From Candidatus Heimdallarchaeota archaeon (GTDB lineage Archaea; Asgardarchaeota; Heimdallarchaeia; Heimdallarchaeales; Kariarchaeaceae): 11,724 nucleotides of DNA. Below the pieces are notes generated by a model. The model was not told where the DNA came from. It worked only from the letters and a program-made list of their open reading frames with translations, and did not search any database. The stretch covers positions 1 to 11,724 of the forward strand of contig WAKA01000109.1 in NCBI GenBank assembly GCA_015523565.1. The letters are read 5' to 3'. The position numbers and the translations under genes are program-made. Numbering within the stretch: position 1 is the stretch's first letter; every line of letters starts with the position of its first letter. This document shows, piece after piece, positions 1-7,944 of the stretch.

Positions 1-86
1 AATATACATAGTTTGGTTTGAAAAAACGCATTTGGAAAGGTTTGGCTAGATTTTCGACCACTTATTATTGACGGTATCGATCAACG

Positions 87-113
87 ATCTTAGATTATAA
101 TCTTAGATTATAA
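87..113. repeat. Tandem 13-bp duplication with internal palindrome
   Basis: ATCTTAGATTATA at 87-99 and 100-112; TTATAATCT-T-AGATTATAA at 95-113. Confidence 0.6.
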
Positions 114-286
114 ATATTGATGATAAAATATTCTGACAATTTTAGTGGAACTTGAAAGTGGAAGTTTCTTTCAATGATTTTCTGTCTTCGGCTTTCCTGT
201 CTTTTGTCTTTTTTTCCTCAGTCTTTCCTGTCTTCAGTTTTCTTTGCCTCTCTTTTCTTGTCCTAAATAATTTACAATTACCCTTT

Positions 287-1156
287 TCAAGCAGTCTCTT
301 CAAAATCTTCTATATTGTCATCTTTCAACCTTTCCTGTAAAATCAATTGTAGCTCCTCATTTCCGATGAGCCTTAACACCAAAAGATGCTCCAGTTTTTT
401 CAACCTTGAAACAATGCACCTCAGCACATCAAGATGTCTTGTTTCAGATGCTAGTTCAATAAGTTTCTCAGGGTCATTTATTCTTTTTGCCGCACAAAAC
501 CTGACATTCTCGTCCATATCTGTTTTTGCTATTTCCATCAGGAAGTCATCATCCTCGATCTTGTCTACTGCTGTGTATCTGACCCAGTTGTCCCTGTCAT
601 CAACTGCAACTCTCTTAAGGAATTTCTGGGATTTTATGATAGATGTACATATCTCCCTTACCTTCCTATCCATTGACTTGCATATGATTTCGTACAGGAT
701 ATCATCATCGTTGATTTGTTTTACTGCTTGGGCTCTGACATTGGCGTCGTCATCTGTCAGGCTTATCTCACAAAGGGATTCTATGTTTTTGATCCCATTC
801 AACGCGGCAATCCTTACATTGGGATGTTGGTCATCGGTGGCAATTTTCATTAATATTTTTGGATCCTTCAGTTTCCACGCCGCTACATATCGGACTGTCC
901 AATGTGTATCGTTCAAGGCAATTGATGCAACCTTTTCAAGGTTCTTGAGCTTCTTGACTGCTACTTCCCGCACACTTGGATCTGGGTCTTTTAATGCAAT
1001 GAATTCCAACTTCTCCTGATCCTGTATCACTTCAACAACTGTTCTTCTCTGGGATGCATCTGGTAAATATGCAAGTTGCCTAAATAATTTGTCATCACTG
1101 ACACCAGAGAATCGACGTTGGAGATTCATTTGTTCAGTAGAAGAATTTTTTAGCAA
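287..1156 (-). CDS. HEAT/LRV-like helical repeat protein (about 9 units of 26 aa)
   Basis: Tandem 26-aa units with consensus IAxxDxDxxVRxxAVxxIxDxxxLxx, e.g. IALKDPDPSVREVAVKKLKNLEKVAS and IALNDTHWTVRYVAAWKLKDPKILMK. Start is TTG at 1156; ATG at 1129 is an alternative. It lies 27 nt downstream of the GT2 gene on the same strand. Confidence 0.85.
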   Translation of the reverse strand: MLKNSSTEQMNLQRRFSGVSDDKLFRQLAYLPDASQRRTVVEVIQDQEKLEFIALKDPDPSVREVAVKKLKNLEKVASIALNDTHWTVRYVAAWKLKDPKILMKIATDDQHPNVRIAALNGIKNIESLCEISLTDDDANVRAQAVKQINDDDILYEIICKSMDRKVREICTSIIKSQKFLKRVAVDDRDNWVRYTAVDKIEDDDFLMEIAKTDMDENVRFCAAKRINDPEKLIELASETRHLDVLRCIVSRLKKLEHLLVLRLIGNEELQLILQERLKDDNIEDFEETA

Positions 1157-1183
1157 TTATTAAGGAATTGGTTTTGTTCAAAT

Positions 1184-1990
1184 TCAAAATCGAAAAAGTA
1201 TCTTTCTCATTCTCCTTTTCTGTGTTTTATTGACAAATTTGCGCAGTTCCTCCTCATATCGGTCTTTTCCCTTAAAATACCCTTTTATCATTGAAAATGC
1301 AACCTTTAGGTTTTTTTTGGATATCGCTCTTCCCAATGTCAAAAGCCAGTAGTAACCCAGAGCCCTCATGGCTTCCCCATATGCAAAATAATCAGTCTTT
1401 TTGCCTGTTGGTCTCTGAAGCGTCATTTTCAGGTTTGGATAACCTTTTGCTTCATTGCCCATTGACTGTGCTTTGAAAACAGGGTAGCTTTCCCATCCAA
1501 CCTTCACAGGATACATTACCCCAATACTTTCCCAAAAATCCCTTTTGATTAGTCTTCCAGTACCTCTAATTTCTGGTGTTGCTCCTATTCGTTTCATTTC
1601 TTCTTCAATGACACCTGATGCCATTACCAATTTGGGATTCTTTTCAAATTCCCCTATGAGACTTTCAACATAATCGCTTGGTAAAAGTGTATCTGCACCT
1701 AAAACTAATATGAAATCATAATCTGGTATTAATTTTTTGGCCTCCTCAAAACCCTTATTGAATGTCTCTGCGAGAATGGCCTTGCCAACAGCATTATATC
1801 CCCTGTCAGGAAGTGTCAAGACATGCGTCTTTGGAAATTGCTTAACAACATCCTCTGTACGATCCGTTGACCCATCATTGACCACAATGATCCTTTCGAT
1901 TGGATAGGTTTGATTGGATAGGTGCTCCAATGTCTTGCCAATATATTTCTCTTCATTTCTGGCAGGTATGACTGCCACAACTTTTTTCAT
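1184..1990 (-). CDS. Glycosyltransferase family 2 (GT-A fold)
   Basis: N-terminal GT2 signature VAVIPARNEE..I..TL..L..QTY....IIVVNDGSTDRT. The DxD-equivalent position reads LGADT. ATG start at 1990. Confidence 0.93.
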   Translation of the reverse strand: MKKVVAVIPARNEEKYIGKTLEHLSNQTYPIERIIVVNDGSTDRTEDVVKQFPKTHVLTLPDRGYNAVGKAILAETFNKGFEEAKKLIPDYDFILVLGADTLLPSDYVESLIGEFEKNPKLVMASGVIEEEMKRIGATPEIRGTGRLIKRDFWESIGVMYPVKVGWESYPVFKAQSMGNEAKGYPNLKMTLQRPTGKKTDYFAYGEAMRALGYYWLLTLGRAISKKNLKVAFSMIKGYFKGKDRYEEELRKFVNKTQKRRMRKILFRF

Positions 1991-2008
1991 GTGTAATGAA
2001 TTGAACAG

Positions 2009-2018
2009 TATTAATTAA
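2009..2018 (-). promoter_or_regulatory. Putative TATA box for a leaderless GT2/repeat-protein transcript
   Basis: TTAATTAATA on the minus strand about 19-28 nt upstream of the GT2 ATG; no SD sequence seen. Confidence 0.35.
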
Positions 2019-2194
2019 CCATAGCTATTGTGTCTCTCCTAGTTTATGTATCCCCAATTTGGAATTGTCTTATGCCCAAAATATGGCAAGGAAAATTATA
2101 CGCTTTAAAAAATATTTGAAAAGCTCTTCTTTTCCTTTTTCAAATTTTCATTTTAACATGGACACAGTATTCAAGTCACTATTTGATTATTGCT

Positions 2195-5100
2195 TTACAA
2201 TTGAGCTTTTTTGCTTCTTTTCCTGTAAGAACCAAATGCAGCAATTCCAATCATAATTAATATTGCAAACAACTTGATTGGAGACTTCTCTGAATTTGAT
2301 GAGATTGATGTTGTTTCTGATGTTGAAGAAATTCCTGTACTTGAAATTGATGTAATGGTTGTTTTTGTTTCTGTAAACGTTGTAGTTGTAGAGAATGATG
2401 TGGTGGGTGTTGAGGTTGGGGATGAGGAGACACTGACTGTTATAGTTTCATTTACTGAAATTCCATAACTGTCTGTAACATTAATAAAGAATATGTATAT
2501 ACCTGCTACCAGATTTTCTAAATTGTATGAAATCTCTTCAGTGCCATTCCATGTACCGCTTTGCACAAGGGAATTATTTCGCTTGATTTCATAAGTTCCA
2601 TAATCCTCGTCATAGATGACCCATGAAAGGCTCTTGTTTTCTCCTTCTGTCATTTCAACTGGCGAAGGAGTATGTTCTATTATGAGGGGATTGTAATTGA
2701 TCGTTAAATTGAATGAAACAACGTATGAATTGTATCCTTCATCATAAAAGAACACATAAATCGGATGCGTTCCCACTGGGATTTGTGCCGTTTTTGCATA
2801 GATTGTAAAGTTGAAGCGGGCAATATTGCCTCCTTCTAAATATGGTGTGGATGACAATGGTCCAAAGAAAGGATCATCAATACTTACATCAAAAAGGATA
2901 TCTTCATTTTCCAATGTTGGTGCTTCAACTTCACTTTCAAGAAAAGGTTCATCAAAGGGGTCTATATATTCGTCTTCAATAGTACCTTCAACAATAGGTT
3001 CTGGTTCATCGTCAAATAAGGGATCCAAAGAATCACGATTCATTTCTTTGATTATATCGGTAGATGGATCAAAAAGCGGATCTGTACTTGGATCTATATC
3101 GTCTACAAATATGAAAACATTGGTTTCCTTGGCAGAACGATCCCAAGTGGCACTATCGTAACTCAAATGAGTAATAATATTATGGAAGCCTTCTGCTGCA
3201 AATTGACTGTAAGGTACTGTGAATTGCCATACAACGGTTTCATTGGGAGGAATATCTGGAAGTGACGACATTACTGTTTCAATCGAAACAAATGTGCCAT
3301 TTGGTAAAGTGGCTCCTATAAACATTCCTGCATATGTGCCATTTGCTAATCTATTTCCATCGTTTCTAGCTGTTAATGTTAATGTCATATTGCCCGCAAA
3401 TGGATCAAATTCTGCAGATAGACCCTCTAGCAATACATCTGGCATTTCCATGTCTGGTTGGGGCATAAACTCCCAAAATGCAGGATTCAGGATGTTTTCA
3501 GAATCCGTGACATTGGTCATTGCATTCATTGAGAAAAGCCCTCCCTCATAAAAATTGAAAGGATCAAATGGTGCAATCGGACCATAAATTGCATATAGAA
3601 AACCGTCTGCATTCTTTGTCCAATCATTTGGTAAAAGGACAGATGAAATGCTAACAATAGGCCATGATGGATATCCCGCCGTAAAGTTAAAATCAATTGC
3701 CTGCAGATCTGAGGCATCCAATGATCCAGGCAATCTAAATTCTAAAAATATATCCTGATTTGTCCAATTTGTTGCATGGAATGGCAATTCTGTAGGATCG
3801 TACATTCCAAACCCATTATCAAGTAAAACATTCGTTTCAAGGAATTCAGTAATTATCATATCGGTAGTATATACAGGTAATGTAGGTGCCACTGATGCCC
3901 ATTCTTTTGGAGCATTGTCATCCATTATAATTGGAATGCCATCAATAGATGCATTGAATTCATAAAATCCTGGAAGGGTGGGTGTGAAATCAAATGGGAT
4001 TATAACATTCTCTCCAGAATCTATTGGTGGTAAGGTTGTACTTAAGATTGGAATATTTGTTCCTGTTTCTGTTTCTATGGCAGTAATTGCAAGAGTTCCT
4101 CCAAGAAACGGATTTGAGTTAACATTTATAATCTCTATGCCATATGAGATGGTATTTCCAACGAGTAGAGGTATTTCTGGAGGATTAATGAGCCATATTG
4201 GATATATGCCAACTTCTGGAGGTGGAATATAAAAGGGATCCTGTGGTGCTTCTTGAATGAAATTAAAATCGAAACCATTATGGGATTCACTTGGAAGTTG
4301 TGGAAATACATCTGGTTGGTAGGGTTGGAAATCCATCCTAAGCGACAACCATCCACTTTCTGTAGGATGCCAAATAAACTCAAAATCAAAAATTGATCCT
4401 GATGGCAAACTATCTATCCAAATACTTTCAATTGGATCGTTGTTTTGCCGACTTCCAAATATCTGCTCATAGATATGAATCCAGCCCCCATCAGGAAAAC
4501 TTAATTCAGATGGGATTTCAAGACGTCCATCAAACAAATACCCGTCACTTGGCATTATTCCTGCTGTTGGGACTGTGGGTGGTGCTTGTGTTGCAGGATA
4601 TAATGATCCAATTACTTCAACGGGGCTAGCGACCTTTATGGGATTCGACTTAACCCATTCCCTATATGACGAATTCTTATGAATGCTCATGTAACTTTTA
4701 ATAACTTTTGCCCAATCAGTGGTCTTATTGAACCTGATTGATGCCGCCCCCTTATAGGTATAAGTTATTGGTGAATTTTTCTTGAAATAAATGGAAATTC
4801 CTGTGGCATTGACTGCGGTTCTTCCCCCGTGCCTTGCAAATCGCATGAAAAGAATTACATCAAGCACTTCTTGAATTAATTTTCTTAATCCCAAATCATC
4901 AACAGCACGTTGAAGAAGCTCTAAAAATTGATACAAGTCGATTTGGTTGCCATCTCCAAATTCATAACTATGATTCCGAGCCCATTCAATTGCTCTGGCA
5001 ATTTTCCATTGGATCGTCTTGTTTTGTAACATCTTTGATAACTTTTTGGTGAATGCTTTCATAGCCTGTTCAAATTTATGGGAATAACTTGCCATGTCTA

Positions 5101-6064
5101 TTGCAACCAATGTTGTCTTGTTTTTCTTCAACATGCCATAGTATTTTCCATAGGTTCCCACTATTATCCTCCCAAAATCATATTCTGTATTATTACAGGA
5201 ACCTTTTCCAAATTCCCTGAATAATGCATAGTAATCCCATCCCTCTCCTGGCTCTGTCTCTTCTGAAGCAACCATGACATTAGTCAGTCCAACAAATTCA
5301 GAAACTACTTCAGAAGCGGCCATGAGGCAGGCATCAAATCCTAAAAGATCTAATGGCTTACCTGCATCTCTCTTGTAATTTTGGAGAACCCGTCGGATTT
5401 CCGGCAATTGCAATATGTCATTTTTGTTCCCCTCATCAACACTCACTCCCATGTCTCCAGCGCCATGATTCCAGATAATAAGTGCAACCTTTTCACTTTG
5501 GCATTGTTGTCTTCCCCATTTCACAAAATCATCCAATGTTTTACCACTGGCCATGTTTACCTCTCCAAGATCCTGTCTTGGAATTAACGAACCATTGCTT
5601 GCAAGCTGGTATCGTCTTGCTCCTGTATATTCTTTTGACTCACCTGGAAGAGGTTCTGAAGTATATCCTTTAGCGGTATTATTGCTGCTATGGCGGTCTA
5701 TTTGAATCAGGACACACGCACAATCAGATAAAAATTTTGAGCCTTTTAACATCTCTTTAATGTCTTTGATAGCTTCGTTCTCCAAATCATTATCTGCATT
5801 AATGTAAATGAGGATTGTCCATTTGACAGTACCAGTTACCAATATTGTATCCTGTTTACCGTTGACCGAAGGGTTGGACAAATCTTTCAAAACATCTGAA
5901 AGAGTTTGAATTTCTCCAGTCTTGGTCAATTGAATCTGCTTATTTACATTTAATTGCGGAAATTGAATGTCATTGTTCATTGATGTGGCAATTGGTACAA
6001 CCAACAATACATAAACAATGCTCAAAATAAAAATATACCTTGAAACTCCCTTTATGCTTACCAT
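2195..6064 (-). CDS. Secreted, C-terminally anchored clostripain-family (peptidase C11) cysteine protease with CARDB/Ig-like stalk
   Basis: Hydrophobic N-terminal signal segment. C11 motifs KWTILIYINADNDLE, EVNMASGKTL..F..W, LIIWNHGAG (His at 5465-5467), LGFDACLMA (Cys at 5327-5329), VASEETEPGEGWDY, DLYQF and GISIYF. These are followed by CARDB/Ig-like beta domains, a Ser/Thr linker, a TM helix and the basic tail RKRSKK. SD GGTGAT at 6077-6072 favours ATG 6064 over GTG 6076 or ATG 6073. Confidence 0.9.
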   Translation of the reverse strand: MVSIKGVSRYIFILSIVYVLLVVPIATSMNNDIQFPQLNVNKQIQLTKTGEIQTLSDVLKDLSNPSVNGKQDTILVTGTVKWTILIYINADNDLENEAIKDIKEMLKGSKFLSDCACVLIQIDRHSSNNTAKGYTSEPLPGESKEYTGARRYQLASNGSLIPRQDLGEVNMASGKTLDDFVKWGRQQCQSEKVALIIWNHGAGDMGVSVDEGNKNDILQLPEIRRVLQNYKRDAGKPLDLLGFDACLMAASEVVSEFVGLTNVMVASEETEPGEGWDYYALFREFGKGSCNNTEYDFGRIIVGTYGKYYGMLKKNKTTLVAIDMASYSHKFEQAMKAFTKKLSKMLQNKTIQWKIARAIEWARNHSYEFGDGNQIDLYQFLELLQRAVDDLGLRKLIQEVLDVILFMRFARHGGRTAVNATGISIYFKKNSPITYTYKGAASIRFNKTTDWAKVIKSYMSIHKNSSYREWVKSNPIKVASPVEVIGSLYPATQAPPTVPTAGIMPSDGYLFDGRLEIPSELSFPDGGWIHIYEQIFGSRQNNDPIESIWIDSLPSGSIFDFEFIWHPTESGWLSLRMDFQPYQPDVFPQLPSESHNGFDFNFIQEAPQDPFYIPPPEVGIYPIWLINPPEIPLLVGNTISYGIEIINVNSNPFLGGTLAITAIETETGTNIPILSTTLPPIDSGENVIIPFDFTPTLPGFYEFNASIDGIPIIMDDNAPKEWASVAPTLPVYTTDMIITEFLETNVLLDNGFGMYDPTELPFHATNWTNQDIFLEFRLPGSLDASDLQAIDFNFTAGYPSWPIVSISSVLLPNDWTKNADGFLYAIYGPIAPFDPFNFYEGGLFSMNAMTNVTDSENILNPAFWEFMPQPDMEMPDVLLEGLSAEFDPFAGNMTLTLTARNDGNRLANGTYAGMFIGATLPNGTFVSIETVMSSLPDIPPNETVVWQFTVPYSQFAAEGFHNIITHLSYDSATWDRSAKETNVFIFVDDIDPSTDPLFDPSTDIIKEMNRDSLDPLFDDEPEPIVEGTIEDEYIDPFDEPFLESEVEAPTLENEDILFDVSIDDPFFGPLSSTPYLEGGNIARFNFTIYAKTAQIPVGTHPIYVFFYDEGYNSYVVSFNLTINYNPLIIEHTPSPVEMTEGENKSLSWVIYDEDYGTYEIKRNNSLVQSGTWNGTEEISYNLENLVAGIYIFFINVTDSYGISVNETITVSVSSSPTSTPTTSFSTTTTFTETKTTITSISSTGISSTSETTSISSNSEKSPIKLFAILIMIGIAAFGSYRKRSKKAQL

Positions 6065-6355
6065 CTTGATCATCACCGTCAGGTCTTCTTGTTAAGAAAA
6101 AGACGATAAATGATTGATTAGGCAAACTGCTATTCATAAATAAATCAATTTCCCTTAAATATGTTATCTGTCATTGTAGGTTAAATCTTTAGGTTTCTTA
6201 AAGTGAAACTATTGATATTCTTTATGGGCATAGGACAAAAAAAATTTAAGTTATGTTCAAAATATCATGAAGTAAAACTAAACGAGTAAAAACTATATTG
6301 GAAAGTTACATTTCCATTATAAGGTTTTGTAAAGTGTTGTATAATTTTTTGGAAA

Positions 6356-6814
6356 TCATTTTTTGTCGAACCATTCTTTCTTGATTTTCTTCCTTTTTTC
6401 TTTTTGCCTTTGATATTCCTTAGTGTCTACTTTCATGATATGAGTTTCAAATGTATTCATCTGTTCAACAACTATATCTACCCACTCCTGGAGCTTTTGA
6501 ATAATTTCCGCTTTGAGTTGTTCCATCGGTTTGGGTCTATAGATATATTTGAATTTGAACTTCTTTCCTTCGCCTTTTATCATTTCTCTTGTACAGAGTT
6601 CCTTTTTCAAGAGAGTATTCAATCCTGTAGTCACTTTGTTTCTAAACCACGCTTTTCCTGTATGTTCCATAAGTGTATCAACATCAGTTTCCATGAGTTG
6701 GTAAAGACTTACAAGAATGATATATTCCATGTGTGAAAGGTTGAAAAATGATTTCACCAATGACTCTAAGTCTTTTGGATTTTTTAGGAGAGCTTCAATG
6801 GAAGGTTTCTGCAT
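6356..6814 (-). CDS. Stand-alone TrmB-like winged-helix transcriptional regulator (COG3355/OxsR-like)
   Basis: Pattern FFNLS..EY.IL..L....TDVDTL......RNKVTTGLNTLLKKELCTR, then wing KYIYRP and helix EQLKAEIIQKLQEWV. No sugar-binding domain. GAGGA lies upstream and the gene starts 2 nt after the previous stop. Confidence 0.8.
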   Translation of the reverse strand: MQKPSIEALLKNPKDLESLVKSFFNLSHMEYIILVSLYQLMETDVDTLMEHTGKAWFRNKVTTGLNTLLKKELCTREMIKGEGKKFKFKYIYRPKPMEQLKAEIIQKLQEWVDIVVEQMNTFETHIMKVDTKEYQRQKEKRKKIKKEWFDKK

Positions 6815-6816
6815 GT

Positions 6817-7170
6817 CTATTCCTCATCCTTAATAAGTTCAAAAAGTGAGCTGAATGCTTTAATATCAAGGTTAACGAGGTTTAATAACATTATGCTTGT
6901 AAGAAGAAAAGCTGTGTTCATAATAAGGAAATGGAAACTTTCCAATTGGGATTTATTGTCATCATCAGAAATGAGAAAGATTGCCATAATTGTAATATAA
7001 AGAAAAGTCAGGAGAATTAAAGAAATTCTTGTTTTTTTCCAAAGTGGTTCTGCTGTACTGTCTTTGAGTATTTCCATCAGTTTGTTAGTTCTTCCGATGA
7101 CAATCCCCATAAATAGTATACTTACAGCAAGTATAGTGTGGAGTCCAATATCAACCCATGACATAATCAT
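6817..7170 (-). CDS. Small hypothetical membrane protein (about 3 TM helices)
   Basis: Three hydrophobic segments; coupled to the regulator gene by a 2-nt gap. Alternative start ATG 7164 fits a TATA-like TTTAAAAA at 7194-7187. Confidence 0.75.
   Translation of the reverse strand: MIMSWVDIGLHTILAVSILFMGIVIGRTNKLMEILKDSTAEPLWKKTRISLILLTFLYITIMAIFLISDDDNKSQLESFHFLIMNTAFLLTSIMLLNLVNLDIKAFSSLFELIKDEE
7117..7135. promoter_or_regulatory. Palindromic operator-like site (copy inside the 5' end of the membrane protein gene)
   Basis: TATACTT-ACAGC-AAGTATA: perfect 7-bp arms with the same geometry as the two copies in the oxidase promoter. Confidence 0.55.
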
Positions 7171-7186
7171 ATCTTGATTTATACTC

Positions 7187-7194
7187 TTTTTAAA
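7187..7194 (-). promoter_or_regulatory. Putative TATA box of the membrane protein/regulator unit
   Basis: TTTAAAAA on the minus strand, 23-30 nt upstream of ATG 7164. Confidence 0.35.
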
Positions 7195-7324
7195 CTCTCA
7201 CTGCTTTTGATCAAAAAACTGAAATTAGTTTTACTATTATGTTAAATCTTCCAAGTCTTTATTTAGACCTTGATTTCTATTCTAATCGTATTTTGGTCAT
7301 TTAATGATTGGTTGTCCGCAACAA

Positions 7325-7349
7325 TTAAATATACTTCCCTTCAGTATAT
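7325..7349 (+). promoter_or_regulatory. TATA-like box overlapped by a palindromic operator-like site
   Basis: TTAAATAT at 7325-7332 overlaps ATATACT-TCCCTTC-AGTATAT at 7329-7349. Confidence 0.6.
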
Positions 7350-7362
7350 CAATTGATGTTTC

Positions 7363-7389
7363 AAAATATACTTCAGTAAAGTATATTTT
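7363..7389. promoter_or_regulatory. Palindromic operator-like site / hairpin upstream of the oxidase operon
   Basis: AAAATATACTT-CAGTA-AAGTATATTTT is a perfect 11-bp inverted repeat, extendable by TGTTTC (7357-7362) and GAAACA (7392-7397). Confidence 0.65.
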
Positions 7390-7414
7390 TGGAAACAGGA
7401 TCTGGTGATGAAAA

Positions 7415-7939
7415 ATGAAGAAGATTATTGGTTTTTCCATTCTTTGTCTTTTCCTCATGTCATTCTTGCCAGCCTTTGCACAAGAAGGTGAGCATGGAGG
7501 GCATGGGTCTATTGAAAATTTCTGTCATGAGCCGACACGGAGTATTGTGATCGGAACCGCAGCAGAAGGAAAGAAATTCAACGTAACGCAAGTCAATGTC
7601 GAGAAAGGGGAATGCGTTACTATCATGTTTGTGAATACTCAGGATGCAGAACATGACTTTGCACTTCATTTCGCTAATGGAACAGAGTATTTCGGTTTGC
7701 ATATAGTAGGCAATGGCACAGCCCAAATGAAAATGGTAAATGCTCTTATGCCAAATGAAGATACTGTCATGCCATACTGGTGCACTGTTGAAGATCATAA
7801 GGATCAAGGTATGACTGGCGAGATTATTGTCGGCAAGGGTCTTGTAAGTGGTGAAGAAAGAAGCCTTGGCTTTAATTTCTTTGTTACCTTGCTGTCTTCT
7901 ATTGTCATGGCAATAATATTCCAGAAAAAACAACGGTGA
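7415..7939 (+). CDS. Membrane-anchored type-1 blue copper protein (cupredoxin; sulfocyanin/halocyanin-like role)
   Basis: Signal peptide ending AFA; cupredoxin core (NVEKGECVTIMFVN) with ligands H80, C123, H128 and M133 (YWCTVEDHKDQGM); C-terminal SLGF + TM + KKQR. SD GGTGAT at 7404-7409. Confidence 0.88.
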   Translation: MKKIIGFSILCLFLMSFLPAFAQEGEHGGHGSIENFCHEPTRSIVIGTAAEGKKFNVTQVNVEKGECVTIMFVNTQDAEHDFALHFANGTEYFGLHIVGNGTAQMKMVNALMPNEDTVMPYWCTVEDHKDQGMTGEIIVGKGLVSGEERSLGFNFFVTLLSSIVMAIIFQKKQR

Positions 7940-7944
7940 TTTTT

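Noticed and set aside
152-340. 62-aa Phe/Ser/Leu-rich plus-strand ORF
   Set aside because: Its hydrophobicity merely reflects the pyrimidine tract, and it overlaps the end of a real gene.
315-1019. 234-aa plus-strand ORF
   Set aside because: Antisense shadow of the repeat-protein gene; Ser-rich with no motif.
2855-3103. DPF motifs as eukaryote-like adaptin (AP-2) binding sites
   Set aside because: The signal peptide and C-terminal anchor place this segment outside the cell.
2274-5673. Short plus-strand and off-frame ORFs inside the protease gene
   Set aside because: Fully overlap a well-supported long CDS and have no recognisable features.
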